Assembly: GCA_014297435.1 (NCBI GenBank)
Contig: JACOQA010000003.1
Span: 128,001 to 192,000 of the forward strand
Source: Candidatus Nanohaloarchaea archaeon
GTDB lineage: Archaea > Nanohalarchaeota > Nanosalinia > Nanosalinales > Nanosalinaceae
Direction of reading: 5' to 3'
DNA length: 64,000 nt
Below are positions 38,196 to 48,772 of the stretch, in pieces. The notes under the pieces were generated by a model, which worked only from the letters and a program-made list of their open reading frames with translations, had not been told where the DNA came from and did not search any database. The position numbers were made by a program, and so were the translations under genes. The stretch's first letter is position 1; every line of letters begins with the position of its first letter.

Positions 38196-39515
38196 ATGGT
38201 CGCACCCGTTCCCAACACGATGGCAGCAGGCGACCCTAACGACTTCGACGAAAAACTGGCAAGCTCAATACAGAAGATAAAGACCTCCGACCAAATAAGC
38301 GAACACAACAAAGATGTTCTACTCGACTTCCACCAATTTCTAGAAGAAGACGGCTTATCTACAGGAAGAATTGAAAGGCCTCTTACTATCTGGAGAATTA
38401 TACTGGTTCAGGGAAAAGAAGATTTCAAGCTAGATGAACCAGCAGAAGAAGACATCAAACGAGTAGCAAAGAAGATCACGAACGGCGATCGAGAAGATGA
38501 AGACTTAATAGACGGAAAAGACAGAATTAAAGAAATGTCCGTAGGAACGCAAAGAGAGTATCTAAAAGCTGTAAGAAAACTTGTTACAGGATACCTTGAG
38601 GATCGTAAAAGCAACTTCAAAGGTGAAAACCTGATTAACTTCACTCTTCCAAGCGAAGAAAAGCTACTGGAACCAGAAAAACTGCCACGCCCAGAACATA
38701 TAGAACAAATGCTGAATAATGTAGAGAGCCTGAAGGTTAGAAACAAGGCTCTCATAATGACTCTATGGGGTTCAGGTGGAAGAATATCGGAAGTGCTTAG
38801 CCTGAAATGGAAAGATGTTAACCTCTCAGACCAAGGCGGAATACTTCACTTCAGAGATACAAAGAGAGGCGGCAAGAACAAGAAAACACATCGAAAAGTC
38901 CCTCTACTCGAAGGATATATTTACCTCCAACAGCTAAGAAACCATCACGAAGACGCAGATGACCCAGAAGGATTTGTATTCCAGAACAGCCAGACAGGCG
39001 AACAACTCAAATCCTCAGCAGTCCGCAGACTACTTAATAGAATCCAAGAGAGGACAGAAATGCCTGAAGAAATACGGACTAATCCGCACGCTATCCGTAA
39101 AGGTAAAGCTCGATACCTAGCGATGAAGGGATGGGAATACACCGACCTGTGTAAATTCTTCGGCTGGGAACTTGGAAGCTCAGTGCCAAAACGCTACATT
39201 AGACTCGCTGACGGAGACCTACAAATGAGAGCCAAAAAATTCTCCCGCAACCACAGAGTAGAGGAAGAAGAACTCAAAGAAGGCTACCACTTCGAACCCG
39301 TAAAGTGCCCTAGTTGCGGAGAACTACAGAGATGGGACAACAACACCTGCGAATGTGGAGAAGAGCTTACGGAAAGTGCCTACTTCGACCATGTCCGCAT
39401 CGAAGAAACCACGCAGAAACTGCAGGCAGAAATTATCAAAGACCAGGTAGGACTCGACGACGAGCAAATAAATGAAAAGGCGAAGGAACTGGTCAAGGAG
39501 GCGAAGACACTGTAA
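38196..39515 (+). CDS. Tyrosine recombinase/integrase with C-terminal Zn ribbon
   Basis: GGRISE, HAIR, GW, Y; CPSC...C.CG. Confidence 0.95.
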   Translation: MVAPVPNTMAAGDPNDFDEKLASSIQKIKTSDQISEHNKDVLLDFHQFLEEDGLSTGRIERPLTIWRIILVQGKEDFKLDEPAEEDIKRVAKKITNGDREDEDLIDGKDRIKEMSVGTQREYLKAVRKLVTGYLEDRKSNFKGENLINFTLPSEEKLLEPEKLPRPEHIEQMLNNVESLKVRNKALIMTLWGSGGRISEVLSLKWKDVNLSDQGGILHFRDTKRGGKNKKTHRKVPLLEGYIYLQQLRNHHEDADDPEGFVFQNSQTGEQLKSSAVRRLLNRIQERTEMPEEIRTNPHAIRKGKARYLAMKGWEYTDLCKFFGWELGSSVPKRYIRLADGDLQMRAKKFSRNHRVEEEELKEGYHFEPVKCPSCGELQRWDNNTCECGEELTESAYFDHVRIEETTQKLQAEIIKDQVGLDDEQINEKAKELVKEAKTL

Positions 39516-39572
39516 GTAGATAATAGTGCGATAATCCAAAGCTATTTGCTACTACCGACCAAACTACAACCT

Positions 39573-41027
39573 ATGCCTGACACAAACATCCCTACCGAGA
39601 TTATACTGGAATTCTTGGAAGAGCAAGACTCTGAAATACGAGAGCGATACCAGAAATTTCGTGAAACAGAGTTAGCAGACGACGAAATCAAAATGACTGC
39701 TCTCGATAGAATAGGGACAGGCGAAGAAAAAGAACTATTTCCATTCCTGCTAAATACAGAAATTGGTATTCAGCAGTTTCAAGCGAGAAACTTTGAACTC
39801 ATACCGACGGATTTCCTCTATTCCACAGGACTTTGCTTCTTCATATCAACCCTTGAAGACCACACCATAGTTAGCCCTAACGGAGAAGAACTAAATAGAA
39901 GCCTATCAGACTTATACGGAGCAGAAATAATCTCCGACCCAGAAGATTTCTGGAATGTCTACTACGAAATGGAAGTCGCAAACACGCTTGTAAATGGAGG
40001 ACTTAAGGCATACCCTATCGATGAAACTGCTGTAGAAGGAAATGGTGCGGATGTCCTGGTGAGAGAAAACGGAAGAGAGTTCTGGGTAGAATGCAAGAAC
40101 AAAAGGAAATCAACACCTCACGAGTGGGATTTGGAAAGGTTAAGCAAGGAAGTAGCGGATTCTGTATGGAGAGACCACGACCTGCTTTCAAAAATTGGAG
40201 AAGACAGTTTTGCGGTTAAAATATCTGGCTCGGACGATTTTTCCGACGAAATCTTAAACAACCAACAGAATCGGCAGAAGTTCATCGAACTCGCAAGCGA
40301 AAAAGTCTCAAATCTGATTGAAAATAGAAAATCAGATACTAAAATAGAATTCAAAGGATTCTCCCTCAAAATAGAGCTTATAGATTACTATGAGGGACGC
40401 TATAAAGTGGTGCTTGAGTCTGAACAAATGGAAGCTCTAAATAATAGAGGTAAGGTAGAAAAGGTCGTCAATCCTTTCCAGCACTTGGATTTCAACCCAG
40501 ATGTTTTGGACGGAAACGGGCACGCCTATCCTTATATGGAAAAAACGGATAATGGAGAGGCTGTAGAAATATTCAACGCCTGTGCTTTCGTCCTTGATAT
40601 CCCGTGGGATATACCATATCACCGCTGGGTCTACTCCACAATCAAAGATGTTAGAAAGCAGCACTCCGACCATTCTAACCTAATTATTTTCACGAAGATT
40701 CCTACTGGAGTGGTGAAGCAAATGATGAGGGAAGACGCTTCAGAACCTAATCATAATGGAGACATAGTCAAGAAGTGGGAAAGGCTTGAAGAAAAGATTA
40801 TAGGCATATTTGGTCAAACTGACAGAGTTAAAGCCGTAGTTCTTACAACAGATATTGTTCAAGTAAGAGGGAAAAGTCAAAATCTCAGGAATCCTGTGAA
40901 ACCTATCTACAATAGAAATGTTAAAGACCAGATACCAGACAAATTAGTTGAGATTTTGGATGACAAGCCTCAGATAGAGAATACATTAAGAAACGCTAAG
41001 CTCGATGGTATACCTAAAGAGCGTTAA
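39573..41027 (+). CDS. Putative PD-(D/E)xK nuclease-fold protein
   Basis: YEMEVA..L...GADV.....WVECK motif. Confidence 0.65.
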   Translation: MPDTNIPTEIILEFLEEQDSEIRERYQKFRETELADDEIKMTALDRIGTGEEKELFPFLLNTEIGIQQFQARNFELIPTDFLYSTGLCFFISTLEDHTIVSPNGEELNRSLSDLYGAEIISDPEDFWNVYYEMEVANTLVNGGLKAYPIDETAVEGNGADVLVRENGREFWVECKNKRKSTPHEWDLERLSKEVADSVWRDHDLLSKIGEDSFAVKISGSDDFSDEILNNQQNRQKFIELASEKVSNLIENRKSDTKIEFKGFSLKIELIDYYEGRYKVVLESEQMEALNNRGKVEKVVNPFQHLDFNPDVLDGNGHAYPYMEKTDNGEAVEIFNACAFVLDIPWDIPYHRWVYSTIKDVRKQHSDHSNLIIFTKIPTGVVKQMMREDASEPNHNGDIVKKWERLEEKIIGIFGQTDRVKAVVLTTDIVQVRGKSQNLRNPVKPIYNRNVKDQIPDKLVEILDDKPQIENTLRNAKLDGIPKER

Positions 41028-41257
41028 ATTATGTCATAGATGTCGATCCCCCATTTCTCACATTTTTTCTTTAATTCCGTGGCCTGTTTACGGACTTCCT
41101 TTTCCTTTTCCTTTCGAAGCTGTCTGTGCCTGTCCATCTCCTCGACAGCAGTATGATATGCTTCTCCGACCTGCTTATTGCCCAGGTTGTTCTTCTCCAG
41201 CAGCTTCTTGTCGGTCTTGGTGATGTGGATGCTTGTTGTGCCTGTGTCAAAGCCCAT
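41024..41257 (-). CDS. Small putative DNA-binding protein
   Basis: TTSIHIT strand followed by helices, RHH-like. Confidence 0.5.
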   Translation of the reverse strand: MGFDTGTTSIHITKTDKKLLEKNNLGNKQVGEAYHTAVEEMDRHRQLRKEKEKEVRKQATELKKKCEKWGIDIYDII

Positions 41258-41494
41258 AGAAAGTCAGACCGTATATTAGGCCTTAAACCTAATGGGTTGA
41301 AACAGAAAAACCAATTTTAGAAAACTCCTTTCAGCCAAATGCCTGGAAAAGCTACAGAAGAAAGGTTGAAACTGCTACAATTACCAAGGTAGATACACTG
41401 AAAGAGGGTAGAAAACTGCGAACCTAATACCTTCCGAAGCTCCAGACCTAATAGAATCACGGTTTCCCGTAAACAGTTCTATGCTTCAGCTAGT

Positions 41495-42883
41495 TCAAGA
41501 TACTTTCTCGTACGAACCTATTCCTGCTTCTGCTGCTATGTCTAATCCTTCGTTGTCGCTGGTCATGAATAGTCTGCCCTGTGAATTGTATTCTATCCAT
41601 TTTCTGTCGAAGATGTAGGTGTCGAGTTCTTCTCTTACTTCTCTGGCTTCTGCCATCACATCGTGGTCTTCCATCATTTCTTCTACTTCATCTTCGCTCG
41701 GGCTGCCGACTTCGACATCTTCTGCATACCAGCCTTCAGAACTCATATCAGTTTTCATAGACTGTCTGATGTAGCTTTCAGTATATTCGTCTTCCATCCC
41801 TTCTGCTACTGTTTCTCTCAAGACATCGGCAGCTTCAAGCTTCATCAAGGCAGGTATAGCGTTGTCGTTGACATGGTATGAGCCTTCTATTTCAGAGAAA
41901 GTGTCTTCTATCTCTGGTGCTAACTTGACAGCTTGGTTGATTGTCTGTTCTGCGTATTCTTCTGGTGTGAGGTTGTAGTCGAATGCTTCCAGAAGTTCTT
42001 CTCCGAGTTGTTCAGCTTTTCCTCTGTATTCGTCTATGTGCTGGTTGATATGGTTTAGTCTCTTTTCTTTCATCCATCTGGGTGCGTCATGGTCTGATTC
42101 TGCCCAGGGCATTCCACTTTCTGTTGTTACAGGTTCTTTTTCCAGAATACGGTCTTCATCCTTTCTTGCGATATTATCCATTAAGTCCGGGACTTCATTC
42201 CATTCTTCCATGTCTGCGTGGAATGGTGCTACTGCTCTTGCTATGTCTGTTCCTGTGGTTCTTTGTATGTATTCGTTGCTGAATTCTGCACTTCTTACGG
42301 ACTCATTTCTTTTGTTTCGAATTATTTCTCGGTAGAACTGTTCTGTTCCTGGTTCTACATCGAATGTTGGTATGTTTTCGTTTCGGTTTAGCCAGGCTTC
42401 TATTGGTCCTTCTGGAATGGATTCTACGGTTTCTGCTGGCATATTGACTCGGAGCATGTGGTTCTGGTCATCGTGCCTATAGTCTACGGTGAACCCTGTG
42501 ATTGACATTTCTTCAGGTCGTGAAGCGTATTTTTCTGCTATTGTAGTGTGGTCTGCTACTTCTTCGGCTATCTCTTTTAGGAATGGTTGGACTCTTTGTG
42601 GTGGTCCGTCTTCCCATTCTTCTTCTGACCATTCTTCGTTCCAGTCGAGGTCTGGGTCTGCTGCTTTCACATCGCCCAGCATTTTTCGGATGTGGGCTTT
42701 CATCAATCTGTCTTTTTCTTGTTCTGGATTTTCAAGACTATTACGCCGAGCTTGAACTGCGTTAACTGTGTTGTCTAAGTTTTGTGAGAACTTGTCGTCT
42801 GACATTAGTCGATGCCAGCTTGGGTGCTGTTCTAACGGCTGGAAGTAGCCGTTTATGTCTTCTCTCGTTAAATCCAGAATCAT
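41495..42883 (-). CDS. Hypothetical acidic protein
   Basis: 462 aa, AGGTGA SD upstream. Confidence 0.8.
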   Translation of the reverse strand: MILDLTREDINGYFQPLEQHPSWHRLMSDDKFSQNLDNTVNAVQARRNSLENPEQEKDRLMKAHIRKMLGDVKAADPDLDWNEEWSEEEWEDGPPQRVQPFLKEIAEEVADHTTIAEKYASRPEEMSITGFTVDYRHDDQNHMLRVNMPAETVESIPEGPIEAWLNRNENIPTFDVEPGTEQFYREIIRNKRNESVRSAEFSNEYIQRTTGTDIARAVAPFHADMEEWNEVPDLMDNIARKDEDRILEKEPVTTESGMPWAESDHDAPRWMKEKRLNHINQHIDEYRGKAEQLGEELLEAFDYNLTPEEYAEQTINQAVKLAPEIEDTFSEIEGSYHVNDNAIPALMKLEAADVLRETVAEGMEDEYTESYIRQSMKTDMSSEGWYAEDVEVGSPSEDEVEEMMEDHDVMAEAREVREELDTYIFDRKWIEYNSQGRLFMTSDNEGLDIAAEAGIGSYEKVS

Positions 42884-42941
42884 CTTTCTTCACCTTATTT
42901 TTTGTTGTGGAGAGTGATTACTACTTGTTCAATTCTCTGCA

Positions 42942-43502
42942 TTATTCTCCTACAGTCCAAGACCTTTCTCCTGTAACTTCTTCCCGTGCATCTTTAACAC
43001 TCATTCCTTCTTCAACAAGTTCCATAATCTCTCGATGTTCTGGGTTGATGTCTATGTCCGGGCTTGGAAGTTCGATGCCGTGTTCTTCGTAAGCTGCTTT
43101 TCTCACATCAAGGTATCTTCTCTTGGCATCGTATGCATTTTCGGTATCAGGCCAGTCGTTTTCTGTAAAGTCTTCCATTACTTGTCTCTCTGGGTCTTCA
43201 TCCCCTGCTGTTACTGGTCTTTGCCCAGCAAGGAACTCTGCTCCTGAGTCGTATCCATGTTCCTCAAGCAGTTCTCCGAACTCGTCAATTACATCGTGTT
43301 CTTGAAGCTGCTCACTAACTTCGTCCAAAGCTTCATCGAGTTCTTCGTAAACCTCTTTAGCCTTTTCGGCAGGTCTTTTGACATGTTCTTCATCAACTTC
43401 TCCTTCATCATACATCTCAAGACGGCTTTCAACTTCACCTGTATAGAACTCTAATTCATCTGCTGTTTCGTCCAAGTATTCTTGTTCAACGAAGTCTGCC
43501 AT
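42942..43502 (-). CDS. Hypothetical acidic helical protein
   Basis: 186 aa, Glu/Asp-rich. Confidence 0.78.
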   Translation of the reverse strand: MADFVEQEYLDETADELEFYTGEVESRLEMYDEGEVDEEHVKRPAEKAKEVYEELDEALDEVSEQLQEHDVIDEFGELLEEHGYDSGAEFLAGQRPVTAGDEDPERQVMEDFTENDWPDTENAYDAKRRYLDVRKAAYEEHGIELPSPDIDINPEHREIMELVEEGMSVKDAREEVTGERSWTVGE

Positions 43503-43865
43503 ATTGTGACTTTAAAGTGGCAAAATCTTTTAAGTGCTTCCCTACGAAAGGGAGTTCTTCTGTAACTTTATAATGAAAACAGGAGAGAAAACACCTGTGA
43601 GGCTCTGAAAAGAGCTTTTTGGAGAATGATAATTATGTTAGAAGAATTAATCCAAAATACAGAACGAGTTGTTTCTGAAAGCCAAAGTGGCTTGATCCTC
43701 ATCAAAGCATTCTACTTGCTCGAAATAACTCATAAACTCTAATTTTAACCAAAAAATTTAAACGTTATCTTGAGGTGGCAACATAAACGGATCTTGGAGT
43801 CAATTCTCCTAGCTCAACAGCTAGAGTAACTCATTTGTATAAAGATTCCAAACCCGAAATAGTTT

Positions 43866-44147
43866 ATGACAGAAGTACGTGCATCACACATCCTTGTAGA
43901 TAACGAAGAACACGCCAAGCAGCTAAAACTGAAGATTGACAGGGACGAAGCCAGTTTTGAAGATCTGGCGAAAGAACATTCCGACTGCCCTTCAAGCGAG
44001 AAAGGTGGCGACCTAGGCTTCTTCGGAAGAGGGAAGATGGCGAAACCCTTCGAAAGAAAAGCATTCGAGCTTGACGAAGGAGAAATTTCCGATCCTGTAG
44101 AGACCCAGTTCGGATGGCACCTCATTAAGAAGACCGGGGAGAAATAA
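43866..44147 (+). CDS. ppiC: Parvulin-type peptidyl-prolyl isomerase
   Basis: ASHILV, SDCPS..KGGDLG.F, TQFGWH. Confidence 0.95.
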   Translation: MTEVRASHILVDNEEHAKQLKLKIDRDEASFEDLAKEHSDCPSSEKGGDLGFFGRGKMAKPFERKAFELDEGEISDPVETQFGWHLIKKTGEK

Positions 44148-44199
44148 ACCCGGTCCACCTTTATAAAATTTAACAGAGATTCATGGAGTACGGGTTATC

Positions 44200-44685
44200 A
44201 TGTCTGAAACACAGGAAGTTGTAAGGATCGCCAGAACCGGAATCGACGGCACCAAGCCTGTCGGAAAAGCACTGACAGGACTAAAAGGAGTAGGTGACAT
44301 GTACGCTAACGCAGTCGCCGAGAACCTTGACGTCGACGAAGATCAGAAAATGGGAGACCTATCTGAAGAAAAAATTGACGAAATTGAAGAAATGCTAAAG
44401 AACCCTGACCAGTTAGAACTACCAAACTGGATCAGGAACAGAAGAAAAGAAAGAGAAACTGGCGAAAACAACCACCTTATTGAGTCTGACCTTGAACTGA
44501 AAGAAGAGTTCGATATCAGAAGGATGAAGGAGATTGAATCCTACAAAGGTTGGAGACACCAAAACGGACTTCCTGTACGCGGACAGAAGACAAAATCCTC
44601 ATTCAGATCCGGTTCAAAGATCGGAGTCTCACGTGCAAGACTTCAGGAAGAAGCCTCAGAGGGAGGCGGCGGAGACGAGGAATAG
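44200..44685 (+). CDS. rps13: 30S ribosomal protein uS13
   Basis: YKGWRH..GLPVRGQKT. Confidence 0.97.
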   Translation: MSETQEVVRIARTGIDGTKPVGKALTGLKGVGDMYANAVAENLDVDEDQKMGDLSEEKIDEIEEMLKNPDQLELPNWIRNRRKERETGENNHLIESDLELKEEFDIRRMKEIESYKGWRHQNGLPVRGQKTKSSFRSGSKIGVSRARLQEEASEGGGGDEE

Positions 44686-44696
44686 AGGTGTAAAAA

Positions 44697-45245
44697 ATGG
44701 TAAAGAAACTAAAACAACAGTACGAGACACCGAACGAAGGATGGAGCGAAGAAAGAATCAACAAGGAAGACCAGCTCCTAGAAGAATACGGACTGAAAAA
44801 CAAGAGAGAAGTATACAAGGCAGAATCCAAGCTAAGAGGATTCAGAAGAGAAGCAAGAAAACTGATTGCTTCCGAAGACGAGGACAGAAGACAGGATCTC
44901 GTCAGAAAAACTCACTCGCTCGGACTCATCAAAGAGGACGGCGGGCTTGAAGACATTCTAACACTCAATACTACAGACCTTCTTGACCGAAGGCTTCAGA
45001 CAGCTGTCGAGAGAAAAGGCTTCGCAGACACAGCACTCGAAGCAAGACAGCTTGTCAACCACGGACACGTTGAAATTGAAGGGGACAGAGTAACTGTTCC
45101 AGGCTACCTTCTTACACAGGAAGAAGAGAAGAAAGTCACAGTAGAACTTCCAGAACCAGAGGAAGAACCTGAAGAAGTTGAGGAAGAGGTTGAAGAGGAA
45201 TCTGAAACCGAAGAGAACGAAGAAGACGAGGAGGCTGAAGAATAA
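44697..45245 (+). CDS. rps4: 30S ribosomal protein uS4
   Basis: [22 protein letters not shown]; acidic tail. Confidence 0.97.
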   Translation: MVKKLKQQYETPNEGWSEERINKEDQLLEEYGLKNKREVYKAESKLRGFRREARKLIASEDEDRRQDLVRKTHSLGLIKEDGGLEDILTLNTTDLLDRRLQTAVERKGFADTALEARQLVNHGHVEIEGDRVTVPGYLLTQEEEKKVTVELPEPEEEPEEVEEEVEEESETEENEEDEEAEE

Positions 45246-45628
45246 TGACAAAGAAAGGTATCGTAAACATCTACTCAAGCTTCAACAACACAATAATCCA
45301 CATCACAGACGGAACCGGAGCTGAAACAATTTCCAGAATTTCAGCAGGAATGGTTACTGACAAAGGAAGACTACAGGGAAGCCCTTTCCCAGCTATGAAG
45401 GCAGCTAAACAGGGAGTCGAGGAAGCTCTTGAGAAAGGAATCGAGAAGGTCGATATCCAGGTTAGAGCTCCCGGCGGACAGAAGCAGAAGATGCCAGGTA
45501 AAGGAGCTCAGCCAGCAATCAGAGCTATCTCAAGATCCGATCTAGAAGTCGGAAATATTGAGGATGTTACTCCTGTACCTCACGACGGATGCAAATCCAA
45601 GGGAGGAAAGAGAGGAAGAAGGGTCTAA
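45245..45628 (+). CDS. rps11: 30S ribosomal protein uS11
   Basis: [17 protein letters not shown]. Confidence 0.98.
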   Translation: MTKKGIVNIYSSFNNTIIHITDGTGAETISRISAGMVTDKGRLQGSPFPAMKAAKQGVEEALEKGIEKVDIQVRAPGGQKQKMPGKGAQPAIRAISRSDLEVGNIEDVTPVPHDGCKSKGGKRGRRV

Positions 45629-45631
45629 AAA

Positions 45632-46204
45632 ATGGATATTGAGACCGTTGAAGAAACTGATGACGTTTTGAAACTTGAAGTTTCTGGGATCAACGAAGCC
45701 ATCGCAAACTCTCTAAGAAGGGCGATGATGGTCAAAGTCCCTACACTCGCAGTTGAAGAGCTTGATATTAATTCTAACGAATCAGCTCTCTACGATGAAA
45801 TGCTTGCAAACAGAGTAGGACAGGTGCCTTTTACCATCCCTCAAAATGTAGACGAGGAAGACACGGTTCATATCGCACTTACTCAGGAAGGTCCTGGAAC
45901 AGTTCTCGCCGAAGATCTTAAAGCGGATAACGATGAAGCTGAGCCTGTTAATCCTGAAGCAGTTATCGTAGATCTCAAAGAAGATCAGAAAGTTGATTTT
46001 GAGGCTACAGCAACCCTTGGAACAGGAGATGAGCACGCCAAACACCAGGGCGGAACAATAGGTTACGAGAAACTGGACGATGGAGAGTTCAGGTTTAGAA
46101 TCGAGTCGACTTCAGGTTACAGTAATGAGGAGCTTTTCGAGCAGGCTATCGAAGAGATCAGGAACGAGCTTGACGAGTTTGAAGAAGCTGTAGCCGAGCT
46201 TTAA
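45632..46204 (+). CDS. rpoD: RNA polymerase subunit D (Rpo3), short form
   Basis: ANSLRR, NES.LYDE.LA, HAKHQ; lacks the Fe-S insert. Confidence 0.95.
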   Translation: MDIETVEETDDVLKLEVSGINEAIANSLRRAMMVKVPTLAVEELDINSNESALYDEMLANRVGQVPFTIPQNVDEEDTVHIALTQEGPGTVLAEDLKADNDEAEPVNPEAVIVDLKEDQKVDFEATATLGTGDEHAKHQGGTIGYEKLDDGEFRFRIESTSGYSNEELFEQAIEEIRNELDEFEEAVAEL

Positions 46205-46248
46205 CCTCATATCTATTTAACATTGTTCTCTAGTGTAATTGTTAGGCT

Positions 46249-46809
46249 ATGTCTTACGACGGAGAACGTGAAATTGTTACACCGCATGATCAAACACGTG
46301 TAGAAGATCTCGCGACCGATATATCCGGAGTCGGAATAGGAATGAGCTCCGAGCATTACGAAGTTGCGGAAGAATTTGATCCTGACCCCGGAGTCGTACC
46401 AATAGGAGGCTATGATCTGGACGATCTTGTTAAACATGAGATCGGAGAGATCCCGGGAGAGCTAAGACTTGTTAACGCAGATGAAGACAGGGCGATCTAC
46501 CAGGGAAGAGCTACCGAGGTAGACGTGACTGCTGATGAAGATGGTTTCATAATCGGATGTACTGTCGACCAGAGACTCGGTTATAATCATAACGCTCCTT
46601 TAGTGGAGGCTGATGAGGTTCCTCCGTTCGCAGAGGTCCTCCAAGGAGAAATAAACGAAGACAGAGGAAACCGTTACGAATGGCGCGTAGGACCCGGAGA
46701 GACGGAAGTACTCGATCAGACTTTCGACGATCTTGCGTATACCGACCAGGTTCTATCAGAAAACTCGCGCTTCCTTTCAAGATATGAGGTAGGACCCGAA
46801 GAAAAGTAG
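46249..46809 (+). CDS. Hypothetical acidic protein
   Basis: 186 aa ORF. Confidence 0.72.
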   Translation: MSYDGEREIVTPHDQTRVEDLATDISGVGIGMSSEHYEVAEEFDPDPGVVPIGGYDLDDLVKHEIGEIPGELRLVNADEDRAIYQGRATEVDVTADEDGFIIGCTVDQRLGYNHNAPLVEADEVPPFAEVLQGEINEDRGNRYEWRVGPGETEVLDQTFDDLAYTDQVLSENSRFLSRYEVGPEEK

Positions 46810-46860
46810 GTTCTTACCCTTCTTCTTTAACTCTTTAACCTCAGTTCTAATTTAGTAGAT

Positions 46861-46943
<83 letters not shown>

Positions 46944-46987
46944 AACTTGCTATATCTTTTTAACCAAGCTTCGACAATTCTCCGATA

Positions 46988-47938
46988 ATGGATATGGAAG
47001 AGGCTTTTCCCCGGCTCTCAAGCAAAAATAAGTCTGAAGATGAAGAGGATCTGAAGAAGAAGGTTGATGATGTTCTGGACGAGAAAGAGTCGGAATGGGA
47101 GGACACCTTTTCCAAGTACCAGGAGATGAACCGCCAATTACATGTAAAAGCGATGGCGGAAGCCCAGAGAAAGGTCCTCAGAGAGGTAATGGAAGATATG
47201 GTGGAGATGGTCGAGGATAGGACCGATGCCACTAAGGAAGAGCTTGAAGAAATGGTAGAAAACAGGACGGAAGAACTCGAAGAAGAGATAGAGTCGAACG
47301 CTGAAAAAATAGATGATTTAGAAGAGACGCACGAAGAAGATACGGAAGAGCTTGAAGAGAATATCAAAGAATCTAACAAGGACTTGCTTGAAAGAATTGA
47401 TTCGACTAAGGAGAAGCTTAACGAGAGGATTGATTCGAACCGTTCCTTATTCAGGAAGAAATCAGATACTTTGACAGATAAAATAGATGAAGCCACGCTT
47501 AAACTTAAATCGATTGAGGAAACCGAAACACCTGAAGCACTGAGCGAAAAGGTTGAAACCTTATCGGAGAAAGTTGAGAAGGTCGAGGAAGAGTCCCGAG
47601 AGGCTGATAACGCAGGCGTTGATACTGATGAGGTAGTGGAGAAAGTAAGAGAAAGGCTTGAAGTCGAGAAAATGAAACAGATTGAGGAATCGAACGATGA
47701 TGAAGAGGAGTCTTCTGCATTAACACCTGGAAAGATTGATGAGTCGATGGAAGGAAGAAAAGTAAAGGTTGAAGGCAATCTCGAGTTCAGGAAGAAAGTA
47801 AAGGAATATAATTTCTACAAGATGTCGGAGAAAGGCGAACATGTTATTGTAAGATCGAAGGATCGTATTCCTTCAGGCAGACATGTCTTTGATGGAACTG
47901 TGAAGAAGATCAAGGGCAATCTTGTTGTCGACACATAG
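46988..47938 (+). CDS. Coiled-coil protein with C-terminal OB-fold-like domain
   Basis: E/K-rich heptads; C-terminal GRKVKVEG...VIVRS...GTVK beta domain. Confidence 0.8.
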   Translation: MDMEEAFPRLSSKNKSEDEEDLKKKVDDVLDEKESEWEDTFSKYQEMNRQLHVKAMAEAQRKVLREVMEDMVEMVEDRTDATKEELEEMVENRTEELEEEIESNAEKIDDLEETHEEDTEELEENIKESNKDLLERIDSTKEKLNERIDSNRSLFRKKSDTLTDKIDEATLKLKSIEETETPEALSEKVETLSEKVEKVEEESREADNAGVDTDEVVEKVRERLEVEKMKQIEESNDDEEESSALTPGKIDESMEGRKVKVEGNLEFRKKVKEYNFYKMSEKGEHVIVRSKDRIPSGRHVFDGTVKKIKGNLVVDT

Positions 47939-48011
47939 ACCGGTTTATAAAGTTCACCTTCTCTTTTGTGGATACCAGCAGTGGCATTTTGTTGCCGCGA
48001 GGTAGATTACT

Positions 48012-48362
48012 ATGGATGCTAAAGCAGATCCAACCAACCCGGTACTAGTCGAAACAATCGAGCTTCTCAAGGAGCAGGACGCACCTGTATACAGAGAAGC
48101 CGCAGAAAATCTTGGAAAAGTTAATAGAAGACGTCCGGAAGTCAACATTTCGGACATCGAAAGAAATACTGAGGAAGGCGACACCGTGATCGTTCCCGGA
48201 AAAGTCCTGGGAACAGGATACCTTTCGAAAGGTGTTAAGGTCGCAGCCTTCAAAGCCTCATCCAGCGCAAAAGAAAAGATCAGTGAGGAAGGCGAGTTCA
48301 AGTTTATCGAGGATCTTGTAGAAGAAAATCCTAAAGGAGAAGAGGTGAAGATTCTAAAATGA
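48012..48362 (+). CDS. rpl18e: 50S ribosomal protein eL18
   Basis: TNP, EVNIS.I, VPGKVLG.G. Confidence 0.96.
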   Translation: MDAKADPTNPVLVETIELLKEQDAPVYREAAENLGKVNRRRPEVNISDIERNTEEGDTVIVPGKVLGTGYLSKGVKVAAFKASSSAKEKISEEGEFKFIEDLVEENPKGEEVKILK

Positions 48363-48772
48363 CTGTAGTAGTAAACGCAGAAAACAAAGTTCTAGGAAGA
48401 CTTGCATCAAATATCGCCAGAAAGATCAACGACGGAGAAGAAGTAAGAGTTGTTAACTCCGAGAAAGCAGTTATCTCCGGCGACGAAAAAGAAGTCAAGG
48501 AAGAGTACAAGACAAAATACGACAGAGGTGCAAGAGACTTCGGACCATACTACCCAAAAAGACCTGACAAGATCCTGAAGAGAACAGTAAAAGGAATGGT
48601 CGCAGACGGCGACGAAGACCACGTCAGAACCTACCTTGGAGTTCCTGAAGAGCTTGAAGACTTCAAGGAAGTTGATGTCAAGGAAGGAGACGACCTTAAG
48701 AACAGGAACTATGTAAAACTTGGCGAGGTATCCAAGTTTATCGGATGGACTCCCTCGGGTGATCTAGAATAA
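48359..48772 (+). CDS. rpl13: 50S ribosomal protein uL13
   Basis: LGRLAS, N.EKAVISG, GPYYPKRPD. Confidence 0.96.
   Translation: MTVVVNAENKVLGRLASNIARKINDGEEVRVVNSEKAVISGDEKEVKEEYKTKYDRGARDFGPYYPKRPDKILKRTVKGMVADGDEDHVRTYLGVPEELEDFKEVDVKEGDDLKNRNYVKLGEVSKFIGWTPSGDLE

Larger units (their letters stand above)
37371..41400. mobile_element. Integrase-bearing island downstream of tRNA-Gln(UUG)
   Basis: Integrase plus cargo next to a tRNA 3' end; no att duplicate found, boundaries uncertain. Confidence 0.55.

Noticed and set aside
41258-43860. attR duplicate of the tRNA-Gln 3' end
   Set aside because: Not found; a 9-nt match (TTCAGCTAG ~41485) to the intron's reverse complement is expected by chance
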